Part shown: positions 51,578 to 63,198 of the stretch, piece after piece | Layout of the letters: each line of letters begins with the position of its first letter | Position numbering within the stretch: the stretch's first letter is position 1 | NCBI GenBank assembly: GCA_965178125.1 | Contig: OZ237744.1 | Location: 868,001-932,000 of the forward strand | Origin: Bilabrum cf. latius | Taxonomy: Eukaryota | Reading direction: 5' to 3' | DNA: 64,000 bases | Made by a program: the position numbers and the translations under genes | Notes under the pieces: model-generated | The model's input: only the letters and a program-made list of their open reading frames with translations | What the model was told of the DNA's origin: nothing | The model's database searches: none

Positions 51578-51740
51578 GGTAGCACCAGACTATCGCCGCT
51601 TGGAGCTCTTTGCATTTCCCTTTATTTCGCGATTTTCAGGCATTTCGTTGCCCAGGTAACCCTTTAAGTTGAACAGCGGTATGCAAATATGTAAAATTTG
51701 CAGTTGGAACAAATTTAAAGATGAAGAACAAATCAAATCA

Positions 51741-54700
51741 TCACTGCTCTGTACCGCTTGCGATCCGTCGAACGCGCTCTTCCAGGGCCTGCTTCCTCTT
51801 TTCAGCAGCCTCCAGCTACTGCCTCAATTCCCGGGCTCTAGCACTTTCGAAGGACGGCTTCATCTTCTAGAATGAGGCGCTCGCCGCTCCGGGTCTCCCC
51901 CCTGGAAGTGCGACCGAGCTCCCGCGGAGGGCCTGCCGCAGCTCTTGCTTCGACTTGCCCATGCCGCGGCCTCGCCCCCTGCCCCTGCCCCTTCCGCGCC
52001 CACCCAGCGCCAGGGAGGGCGGGCTCCTGGCGGCGAACCGAAGCGCTTGCTCGTTCGAAAGCGGAGCTTCTTCCTCGGCACCCCGGCGGCCGCTGCCGTT
52101 CGCTCGACCCTCGGACTAACCCTGTGCCGCGGCCTGGTGCCTCCTGTGCTGCTCCCTGTTTTGCTTCTGTGCCGCCTGCCTCGCGCGGGCCTCCTCGATC
52201 AGCTGCTCGCGCGACTTGCCAGCGGTCTTGCTTGTCCCAGTCGGCGCAGCTGAGAAAGCGGAAGTGGAAGAGGACTAGGCTCCCGATGGCCGACCGTTGT
52301 TGCCGGCCCCAGTGCCGTTCGCCCTGGAAGTGTCGGCCCTCGGCCTCTGCCTGATCGACGGCCCTGTCCTGAAGTCGGCAGGCCCTCCCCCTCCCGTTGT
52401 TCCCTGGCCATCACCCTCGGCGAGCACCTGTAGCATAGAGCCGGTCCCACGAGGCACAGCAGCATCATCGTCCTCCCACTGATGCTCCTCTCCCTAGGAC
52501 TCGCGCCCAGGTGATCCGGCCTGCTGGTGCCCGCCTTCCAAAGGCCAGCCTTGGGCTGCCTGTGCCTGCGTCTGGCCCATTTGTCGTCCTCCGTTGCTCT
52601 GGTCCGAGGCCGCTGCGACCCTCTGGTCTGACAGCCTCAGCATCCGGATAGCGTCTAGACGAGCAGACTCGATAGCGGCATCCACCTGAGAGCTGATGAG
52701 CAGCGCGGCTTCCTTGCCCTTGCGCCTTAGGTCGTCGCGCTGCTGCTGGTGCTGGTGCTGCTGCTGCTCGTAGCTTGCTGACATAACGAACCCGTGCCCA
52801 TCTGGCTCTCCTCCTCGCCCATCCTCGCGGGACGCACCTGCGGGTGTGGCCGCCCTGCCCCTCGCAGCCCGACGCGCATTCGCCTGCTCCTCGCTGCTGA
52901 ACTCGTCCACTGCGGCATCCCCGTGGCCCATCGGTGCCGCGTGTGCGGGGGGCTCGATCAGGTCCCTCGCACGGCTCGCCTCACTGATCGCAGCGCCATC
53001 GACCGAGTCACCAAGACCGCGGCGAGACTCGTCCTCCTCGCCATCAAAACCGCGGTAGGACAGAGGTACTGCGCTGACTGCGTCGCTGGCTGCCTGCGAA
53101 AAGATCTGCTGGTTACTACCGGGGCTGTACGATCGGCCGCTGTCCCGCTTCGATCCTGCATCCGCCGCGGTTGCGCTAGCGTTGCCCCTTGGGAAGAGAG
53201 ACTCCCTCATTCTCCGCTCCTCCTCCGCGGTCTGCCGCTCCGTGCTTAGGTCGCGCAGGTCCTCCACCTGGCGCCTGAGGCGCTCACGCACCCCGTCTGA
53301 GTACGGCTGCGCGCCCAGCACCACCTACCGAAGGAAAGCAGTCCGCTCGGTGCGTGGCCGCCGCTTCTCTGCCCACAGCCTGCGCACGTTGCGACGCAAC
53401 CTGCGCAGCTGGTCGTCCCGCTCCCTCCTGGCGAGGTCGGTCTGCGACTTGCGCATCGCCACGGCTTGCTCAGACACGCGACGCACCGCCTCCACCTTGG
53501 CGGCCGCAGTGGCCACCGCCTGCTTGAGCTGGGCAGACCTCGCGACGACGTCGCCGGCCTTGGCCTCCAGAGCCTGCATCCTGGAGTTGAACTGCTCCCT
53601 GACCTCATCTGAGACCTATTTCATAGACGAGTCGTACGTCTGCTGCGCCCGGTCCCTCATCTCCCGCAGCTGCGCCTGCACCTGCTGCCGGTGCTGCAGC
53701 ACGAGGCGTTCGCCCACGCGCTGGGCCTCCCTCGCAGCAGCCTCCCTGGCCCTGGCCATCTCGGCTTGCAGCACCTCGGCCTGCTCCTGGGACTTTTCCT
53801 TCTGAACCGCTTCCAGAGCGTCCACCTCTGCCTGCAGGGTTGAGGCCTGCACCTTTTCTGCCTCTCGGTGCGCGTCCACGGCCCCCTTCAGCGACTCGAT
53901 CTCCTCGGTGACCCTCGTCTGCTGCTCCTTGGCCTTGGCCCACTCGGACGTCTTCGCCTAGATCTGCGAGCGCAGCGACACGCACTCAGCCTGCTGCTGC
54001 CTGAGCCGACTGTCCTCCTTCTCTTCGATGGCCTCCTGCGCCTGCCGCGCAGCCTGGGCGGCAGCCCGACCGCGCTCCCCCAGCGCCAGCTCCAGCTCGT
54101 GCACCTGGGAGGCAGTCTCCTGCTGCGTGGCGTGCAGGACTTGCTGCGCGTGCTGCAGGGACCGCTGCAGGACCGCGGCACCGAGATCGGCATCCGTGGG
54201 AGCACCGGCGACCTCGTGCCTGGCTCGGCCGAGCTCGTGCTCCACGGTCCTTACGTCCGTCGCGAGCTCCTCACGGGTCCTCTCTCCCAGCCGAAGGACT
54301 GCACCGGCCACGCGCTCCGAGTCAAGACGAACCACGGCGAGGGCTTTCCGCGCCAGTATCCTCGAGATTCCCGCCAACATGGGGCTGTGCTGCCTGAGCG
54401 CCGACGGCAGCGCGGCGATCGAGGAGCGGTCCTCCGCAGAACCTGCCGACCGGATGCTGTCCCCGAGGCCGTATCCTCCACTGCGCCCGTGCTGCTACCG
54501 CTGCCTGTCGATCGATGCTCCCAGCGGACTGGAAGGCCCACCAGCCAGCCGGTCTCCGATTCGATCTTGTGCGCGCCACGCATGCCTTGAATGAGATGCT
54601 CCCAAGCCGGAGCCACTTCCAGCTGACTGGCCAGATAGGCGCCTTGCTCGATCCTGACGAGCGCTCTCATTCGCAACGGTAAATGGATCCGAAGGAGAAG

Positions 54701-57700
54701 TTGGACGGTAGCTGTTCTCCACCTGATCGGCTGCGCCGGGCACGGGACTCGCTCTTACCGTGAAGCGCTCAATGTCTCCGGCCTGGCCGCGGCTGCCGAC
54801 CGAGCCGGATGGCGATATTGAACGCAATCGCATCCTCGCGCTCTCCGCGCCTCCCGCCTGCCGCACCGAGATGTCCAAAGGCGCGTCGTCGTGAGCGTAA
54901 GATCGCTGGCCACTTCGCTGCTTCGACTGTGAGCCTGGCGAGCGTGGGCCCGCCACCCTGTCTGGTGACCTGCCCCTCGAGGCCAGCCCCCGGGGACTCT
55001 TGGCCCTTGCACGAGACACCAACGCGTCCAGAGCGAGCCGTCCCGCCACGCGGCCTCTCCGTGGCGACGATGGGCGCTGCTGCAGGCCTGTTGAGCTCTC
55101 CGTGGGAGCAGCCGGCCCGTGAGCGGCAGACTCGGGCTGCCCCTTCGTTGGCGGAGAGGCCGGTGGCGAAGGCGGCTGCACCGCTTTGCCTGTCGGGCTG
55201 CCTGGCGGAGATGCCGGCTTGCCCTGAGGTCTCGCTGGGCTGGCGCCTCTTTCACCCGGCCTGGGCGAGGAGGCCCTCTCTCGCACCTTCTGCAGCACTG
55301 CCTTGGCGCCTACCTAGAGCTGCTTCTCATCAGTCGCAATGCCAGCGGCCCGAAGCGCAGATATAGTGTCAGCGAGGAGCTCCTTGTCCTCGAAATCGAG
55401 GCCTTGCGCGCCCTCCTGGACGCCGGCCTGTTCTGGCTCTGCTGGACTGGTGGCACTGCTGCGTTTGGCGGGCTACGCTCCCAACTGCTCCTCAGCGCCC
55501 TTTCCAAGTCCAACATGTCCCCTACTGCTTCCATCACGAAGACTGTCTCTGCCAGTAGCTAAACTCATCGACTCACGCGCCGGTGAAGCGGGGAGCGGCG
55601 GGCTACCATCTGGCGACCTTGGCTGGTGAGCAGCACGACTGGCAAGTTGCAGAGCTGCCGAACTACCACCACTGCCGCGCCCGGCCTGACCGGCTTCGGA
55701 CACCGCAGTACTGGCAGGCTGCGAGGTCCCTGTAGATCCACCGTACTTACCTTGATGATCTGCGCTGGCACGGGGAGCAGCGGCCTAGCTCCGAGGCTCG
55801 CCCTGCGGCTCCGACCACCTCGATGTCGTTAGGGGGACATGCGATGACGGCGCGCTGCCCAGCGAATCCTTGCGAGACCCAGGCCCGGAAGGCGTCCCTG
55901 GCTCCGGCAGGGGGGGCAAGCTGCCCAAGTCACTGAACCCGTCACTTGATCCTGGCTGCGCGCGAGCCTCCAAGCCCATTTGATTCCCAGAGAGGGCGGC
56001 CGAGCTCAGACCCCGCGCACCGGCAGGCGCGTAGTCAATGCCAGCTTCGTGCGTTGGGTGCAGCGGGGGCAGCGGGGGCAAGTCACTCTCGTCCATCTGA
56101 TCCGGCGGAATAAAATAGGGATCGGGACCTTGCTGGCTGCTGCCAGATGCACCCGCAGCATGATCCGTCAGAAATGCCATCCCTTCGGGCAGTCCGTCGG
56201 GGGGAGGCAGGAAGCCGCTGTCATCCTCGATCGGCAAATCAGGCGGTGGTGGCTCATCAAGACTGCCGGTAGAATGAACTGGATCGCGAGCAGCGAGTAC
56301 TACCTTGTCATTGCCACGGCGCTAGCTTCCAGCTGGCTGGACTCCATCAAACTAGCTGCCGGCTAGAGGCTTACTATTGCCCTATTGTCCTTTCTATCCT
56401 ACAGAGGAATCCTATACTCGCCCAGCGGTCTCTGAAGGTATTCCAAGCTTCCCATCCGGCTACTCGGGCTTGGATGGCTTGTCAGGCTTATCCCCGGGTA
56501 ATGCTGGCTTCCCGGGCTTCTCAGGCTTGGATGGCTTCTCGGGCTTGGATGGCTTGCCTCCGGGTGATGCTGGCTTCCCGGGCTTCTCAGGCTTGGATGG
56601 CTTCTCGGGCTTGCTTCCGGGTGATGCTGGCTTCTCAGGCTTGGATGACGTCTCGGGCTTCCCAGGCTTCTCAGACTTGGCTGGCTTGCCTCCGGGTGAT
56701 GCTGGCTTCCCGGGCTTGGATGGCTTGGATGGCTTCTCGGGCTTGCCTCCGGGTGATGCTGGCTTCCCGGGCTTCTCAGACTTAGATGGCTTCTCGGGCT
56801 TGGATGGCTTGCCTCCGGGTGATGCTGGCTTCCCGGGCTTCCCTGGCTTCTCAGGCTTGGATGGCTTCTCGGGCTTGCCTCCGGGTGATGCTGGCTTCCC
56901 GGGCTTCTCAGGCTTGGATGGCTTCTCAGGCTTGGATGGCTTCTGAGGCTTGCCCCCGGGTGATGCTGGCTTCCCTGGCTTCTCAGGCTTGGATGGCTTC
57001 TCAGGCTTGCCTCCGGGTGATGCTGGCTTCCCGGGCTTCTCAGGCTTGGATGGCTTCTCGGGCTTGCCTCCGGGTGATGCTGGCTTCCCTGGCTTCTCAG
57101 GCTTGGATGGCTTCTCAGGCTTGGATGGCTTGCCTCCGGGTGATGCTGGCTTCCCGGGCTTCTCAGGCTTGGATGGCTTCCCTGGCTTCTCAGGCTTGGA
57201 TGGCTTGCCTCCGGGTGATGCTGGCTTCCCGGGCTTCTCAGGCTTGGATGGCTTCTCAGGCTTGGATGGCTTCTCGGGCTTGGATGGCTTCTCGGGCTTG
57301 CCCCCGGGTGATGCTGGCTTCCCTGGCTTCTCAGGCTTGGATGGCTTCTCGGGCTTGGATGGCTTCTCGGGCTTGGATGGCTTGCCTCCGGGTGATGCTG
57401 GCTTCCCGGGCTTCTCAGGCTTGGATGGCTTCTCAGGCTTGCCTCCGGGTGATGCTGGCTTCCCTGGCTTCTCGGGCTTGGATGGCTTCTCAGGCTTGGA
57501 TGGCTTGTCAGGCTTGCCTCCGGGTGATGCTGGCTTCCCGGGCTTCTCAGGCTTGGATGGCTTCTCGGGCTTGCCTCCGGGTGATGCTGGCTTCCCTGGC
57601 TTGTCAGGCTTGGATGGCTTGTCAGGCTTGGATGGCTTGCCTCCGGGTGATGCTGGCTTCCCGGGCTTCTCAGGCTTGGATGGCTTCCCTGGCTTCTCAG

Positions 57701-59663
57701 GCTTGTCAGGCTTGCCTCCGGGTGATGCTGGCTTCCCGGGCTTCTCAGGCTTGGATGGCTTCCCTGGCTTGGATGGCTTCTCGGGCTTGGTTGGCTTGCC
57801 TCCGGGTGATGCTGGCTTCCCGGGCTTCTCAGGCTTGGATGGCTTCTCAGGCTTGGATGGCTTGCCTCCGGGTGATGCTGGCTTCCCGGGCTTGTCAGGC
57901 TTGGATGGCTTGCCTCCGGGTGATGCTGGCTTCCCGGGCTTCTCAGGCTTGGATGGCTTCTCGGGCTTGCCTTCGGGTGATGCTGGCTTCCCTGGCTTCT
58001 CAGGCTTGGATGGCTTGTCAGGCTTGGATGGCTTGCCTCCGGGTGATGCTGGCTTCCCGGGCTTCTCAGGCTTGGATGGCTTGCCTCCGGGTGATGCTGG
58101 CTTCCCGGGCTTCTCAGGCTTGGATGGCTTGTCAGGCTTGCCTCCGGGTGATGCTGGCTTCCCGGGCTTGTCAGGCTTGGATGGCTTCTCAGGCTTGGAT
58201 GGCTTGCCCCCGGGTGATGCTGGCTTCCCGGGCGTCTCAGGCTTGGATGGCTTCTCAGGCTTGGATGGCTTGCCTCCGGGTGATGCTGGCTTCCCGGGCT
58301 TCTCAGGCTTGGATGGCTTCTCAGGCTTGGATGGCTTGCCCCCGGGTGATGATGGCTTCCCTGGCTTCTCGGGCTTGGATGGCTTCTCGGGCTTGGTTGG
58401 CTTGCCCCCGGGTGATGCTGGCTTCCCTGGCTTCTCAGGCTTGGATGGCTTCTCGGGCTTGCCTCCGGGTGATGCTGGCTTCCCTGGCTTGTCAGGCTTG
58501 GATGGCTTCTCGGGCTTGGATGGCTTGCCCCCGGGTGATGATGGCTTCCCTGGCTTCTCAGGCTTGGATGGCTTCTCGGGCTTGGATGGCTTCTGGGGCT
58601 TGCCTCCGGGTGACGCTGGCTTCCCTGGCTTCTCAGGCTTGGATGGCTTCTCGGGCTTGGATGGCTTGCCCCCGGGTGATGCTGGCTTCCCTGGCTTCTC
58701 AGGCTTGGATGGCTTCTCGGGCTTGCCTCCGGGTGATGCTGGCTTCCCGGGCTTGGATGGCTTGGATGGCTTCTGAGGCTTGCCCCCGGGTGATGCTGGC
58801 TTCCCGGGCTTCTCGGGCTTGGATGGCTTCTCGGGCTTGGATGGCTTCTCGGGCTTGCCTCCGGGTGACGCTGGCTTCCCTGGCTTGTCAGGCTTGGATG
58901 GCTTCTCAGGCTTGGATGGCTTCTCGGGCTTGGATGGCTTGCCGCCGGGTGATACTGGCTTCCCGGGCTTGTCAGGCTTGGATGGCTTCTCAGGCTTGGA
59001 TGGCTTCTCAGGCTTGGATGGCTTCTGGGGCTTGCCTCCGGGTGACGCTGGCTTCCCTGGCTTCTCAGGCTTGGATGGCTTCTCGGGCTTGGATGGCTTG
59101 CCTCCGGGTGATGCTGGCTTCCCGGGCTTCTCAGGCTTGGATGGCTTCTCGGGCTTGGATGGCTTCCCGGGCTTCTCAGGCTTGGATGGCTTCTGAGGCT
59201 TGGATGGCTTGCCTCCGGGTGATGCTGGCTTCCCGGGCTTCTCAGGCTTGGATGGCTTGCCTCCGGGTGACGCTGGCTTCCCTGGCTTCTCAGGCTTGGA
59301 TGGCTTCTCGGGCTTGGATGGCTTCTGAGGCTTGGATGGCTTGCCTCCGGGTGACGCTGGCTTCCCTGGCTTCTCAGGCTTGGATGGCTTCTCAGGCTTG
59401 GATGGCTTCTCAGGCTTGGATGGCTTGCCCCCGGGTGATGCTGGCTTTCCTGGCTTCCCAGGCTTGGATGGCTTCTCGGGCTTGGATGGCTTGCCCCCGG
59501 GTGATGCTGGCCTCCCTGGCTTCCCAGGCTTGGATGGCTTCTCAGGCTTGGCTGGCTTGGCTGGCTTCTGGGGCTTGCCCCCGGGTGATGCTGGCCGACT
59601 CGGTTTTCCACCGGGCTTAGCCGGCTTGGCCGGTTTCGCTGGCTTAGAAGGTTTTCCTGACAT
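51741..59663 (-). CDS. Giant (~2640 aa) protein: ~1060-aa N-terminal Lys-Pro repeat, disordered linker, C-terminal coiled coils
   Basis: The 56460..59663 repeat ORF and pieces 55785, 55473, 54495, 53958, 53616, 53325, 52494 and 52275 share one frame with only TAG between them. Ends IASGTEQ-TGA at 51741. Confidence 0.78.
56460..59660. repeat. Coding minisatellite of 9-nt (GGCTTCTCA / GGCTTGGAT) and 21-nt (GGCTTGCCTCCGGGTGATGCT) modules encoding KPS/KPE/KPG/KPD and KPASPGG
   Basis: Directly visible mosaic of short modules over ~3.2 kb. Confidence 0.97.
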
Positions 59664-60036
59664 GCCTCTACCCTGACGGAGTACTGCGCACCCTTGCGTT
59701 TATGCCTTAAACGATATCAGAGTAATCACTCAACGAGTCTCAGTCGCGGATCCGCAAAATGTGGATAGTAACCCGTGTTTGAGTTCGTGCCTGCACCAAA
59801 TCCTGAAGTATAAGATAGGTTTTTCGAATCAATTGCCACCAAGATTATTTTAGCCGGGTGGTCGGCTGCAGTGGGCCTAAATCTCTTTTTGGCTCGGCTC
59901 CGCAACGTGAGCGGCGCCGCGCGATCGGGAAGAGACCGTGATTGTTGATGTGAACTCCCGTGCACGTGGTCCAACCCGTTGCCCCGGCCTGGATGTAACG
60001 TTGCCGCCATGTAAGCGCATTCTTGTATTCATCATA

Positions 60037-62222
60037 TCATTTCTAATCTGCAGACGGACGTCTCGCCGCCCCTTGAGCACCGAGTGCCCTCTCCGCCGGC
60101 CGGTTCAGTTCTCGGCCTCTGGACTGCGACCTCGACCGCGAACGGTCGCCCAGCCTGGCACTGGCACCGCGAGGAACAGACGAGGAGGATCCCCCCAGAA
60201 AACCACGAGCGGTGCCGCGCGCATCGGGCCGCATCACGCCGATTCCACCCGGGACTGCTCTCGAGATCGATGACGACCTTGAGATGGAGATACCTAGGCC
60301 AGCCAAGGACCGGTCCCTAGACAGGGACGTGCTACGCGACGCGCCGATCCCTCGGATCATGCCACCCCGGCCCTGCCTGCCCCGCCCCCGACTTAGCCCC
60401 CTGCCGGCGCCCCGCCCTAGACCACCCAACCCTGCCCCGCCTCTACCCATGCCCCGGCCTCTACCCCTGCCCCTGCCCCTTCCACCTATCCCCAAACCAC
60501 CAGCCCCACCCGTCGCGGCCCCACCGCCACCCGACCCCACCCTCGGCTTCTTCCGCGCCTAGCCATTGCCCTCGTACGGCTGCTCTACGACCAGCCCAGG
60601 CCGGCGCCCTCCAGCAGCGACCGCGCTGGCAGCCGAAGGGGACCGAGAGGCAGACACGGACGTCCTGCCTCCCACGGCCCCGCGAGGCATGCTGTGGAAC
60701 GGCCGCTTCGCGCCGGCCATGCCTCCCGGGTGGCCCCCGCGGGAGCCGCGAAATCCGCCGCTGAGCAGCCGCTGCGCCTGCTCCTTCTGTTTAGCCGCCA
60801 GCTCCTTCTGCGCCTGCGAGTGCAGCTCCGAGATGGGGAAGCGCGGCAGCTCCTCAGGGGCGGGGCGGTGGCTCCCGGCCAGCCAAAAGAAGTCGTGGTC
60901 ACAGGCCTTGTCGGCCGTGATGCGCTTGGCCGGATCCAGCTCGAGCATCTGTTCCAGCAGCAAGATTGCCTGCTCTGCGAGCGCATCGTTTCTTAGAGTG
61001 TGCTTGATCTTGTCGCCGAACCTTGCCCTCACCTGGCACTTGCTCGGACGGTTCAGGGCGGCCACCTGGTACACGCTCCACTGTCTCATGTCCCTTGCCT
61101 TGGGCCAGTGGGCATCTGAGGGCGCCCCGCTCACGTCGAAGATCCACTCGAGCTGGTCCCTCTCCTTGGCGCACTTGGTGACCCGCCCGCCGGTGAGCAG
61201 CTCGGCGAAGATCACACCGGCCGACCACACGTCCGAAGACCCGAAGTGCTCCCCGTACCGCTGGTCTCCTAGGATAATCTCAGGGGGCCTGTACCAGAGA
61301 GTGCATATGTTTGCGTCGGTTGTCAGGGGCTTGGCGTCCGCCTTGGCGACGAACTTGCTCATGCCGAAATCCGTGATCTTGATCTCCTGTCCCGCCGTGA
61401 CGAGGATGTTGGCTGGCTTGAGGTCCCTGTGCAGCACCCGCAGGCCGTGGAGGCGCTGCAGGCCGTCGAGTATCTGGTACATGTACGACTGGACGTGCCC
61501 TGGTGTCACCTTCAGGTCCCTGTTGCAGATGATGGAATCCAGGTCGAACTCGCAGAACCCTAGGGACATGTACACGTCACCCCGGTTTGGTCTCCCGTTC
61601 GTGGTCTTGTCCGTGACAACCTCCCTGAGGTCCACTATGTTCCTGTGGTTCACTTTCTTGAGGATGCGGATCTCCCTGAGGGCCAGCATGTCGAACCCCT
61701 GGTCCCTGCGTATGTCTTCCTCCACCCGCAGGTTAAAGCGTTTCAGCGCCACAAGTACGCCGTCTGGGTCCACGGCCTTGGTCACCATCCTGCGGGGTGG
61801 CAAGAAGTAAATTCGAATAGGGCAGGGCAAGCGCTGGCTATGATCAGCAAGAGATGAAGCAAGCATCGCTCGCAGCGTCTGGGCGATGCAACGAGCCGGC
61901 AGCTACATCCACGGCGGCAAAAGCATGCCCGAGATGCGCATACCTGCCGTCACATTCATCGCGGCCCTGGCGAGAACCCAACGAATAAATATAGGGAAGA
62001 AAATTAAAAGGAAAAGATCCTCTCACCCGTACGTGCCCTGACCGATCGACCGGCCCTGCGTGGTGAACTCTGCTACGTCCCTGCAGCCTTTTCGCGGGTA
62101 CCCGCCACCATGCCCGTGGCCGGGAGCTTTGCCCTTCCGTCCAGAAGGAGGGCTTAAAACATGCTACGGGAGGCTGGCCCCTGCTCCAGAGCTCGCCGCA
62201 GGCGCCCACCCCGATTGATTAC

Positions 62223-62290
<68 letters not shown>

Positions 62291-62643
62291 GTGGGCACCA
62301 TAGGCTGCCCAGGACCCGACGGCGGGTTGGATGCTATAGACTGCTACTTGTCGGTGCCCTTCGAGGCTATGGCACTTGACTTGGCCGCTGTCGGTTCATG
62401 CTAGCCGCCTTGCTGCCCGGCCGCTGTCTGCATGGACGATGACGATGACGAAGCCGATGCAGATGAAGAGTTGGTCGACTGTGGCATTACGGGTGCACCA
62501 CCAGTGCGTAAGGCACCCGTAGATGCTGCAGATCTGCCTGTTACCCCGCCTTGGACGTTACTGGATGCCGAAGAGGGGCCAAACGTAGCACCAATTGATT
62601 GCACTGTTCCAGCCTCAGAATTCGAGCGCTGCGCAGTCGCCAT
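60037..62643 (-). CDS. Cyclin-dependent kinase of the transcriptional CDK9/CDK12/13 (CDKC-like) type with Ser-rich N-terminus and RG/RS-rich C-terminus
   Basis: Splicing intron 61790..62026 restores IGQGTYGMVTKA...VALK. Further motifs: GFDMLALREIRIL, HRDLKPANIL, DFG and TLWYRPPEIILGDQRYG. TAGs occur only in the tails. Ends in TGA at 60037. Confidence 0.88.
62224..62286. repeat. (GCT)21 microsatellite encoding poly-Ser in the CDK N-terminus
   Basis: Perfect trinucleotide run that reads AGC (Ser) in the CDK frame. Confidence 0.95.
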
Positions 62644-63198
62644 GCTAGGGATCTGCTCAACACCGTATTAATAGATCAATCAATCAGTACGGATCACTTT
62701 AAGTGGGAAAAGACAGGAGCAAGGGGCGGCACCGGCCAGGTTGCCCAGCACCGATGGGGTCCGGCTGCGACGGCGGCACGCAGAAAGGCAGCATGGTGAA
62801 GGGCCAGAGTAACATTAAAACAAATATTTATTATTTGCATGGGATCAACATTCACAAAACGTCCCAACCAACCCTAAGCCAGAGAAATACCGAACTGCTC
62901 ACAGAAGCGAACACACAGCAAGCGGTGAGTAGTCAGGGGGTGGAGAGCGAGTATCCGATCCGCAACCAGATCAACTAAACCGCGAAATCCTGTAAAGGGT
63001 GCACGGTCGTTTCACTAGGCTGGGAAAGGAATGGCAGGGGTATTTCTTGTCAGATTCTGATTATTACATAGTTGCGTGCATTTATCCCATCGCAATCGAA
63101 CCTGAACCGGAGGCTTGTAGCGCCACAAGATTTGAGTCAAGCTTTCCGAGCTACAGAAATTTCCATTTGTATTCATCGAGTCGTCTTAAAACTTGAGG

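Noticed and set aside
56377-59676. Collagen-like Gly-X-Y ORFs on the + strand (GFPGFSGLDG...)
   Set aside because: Antisense shadow of the KPx repeat. It is interrupted by TGA several times (e.g. 56944, 58774, 59194), the triplet register breaks at GLPPG, and it has no signal peptide. The minus frame is uninterrupted and joins a unique C-terminus.
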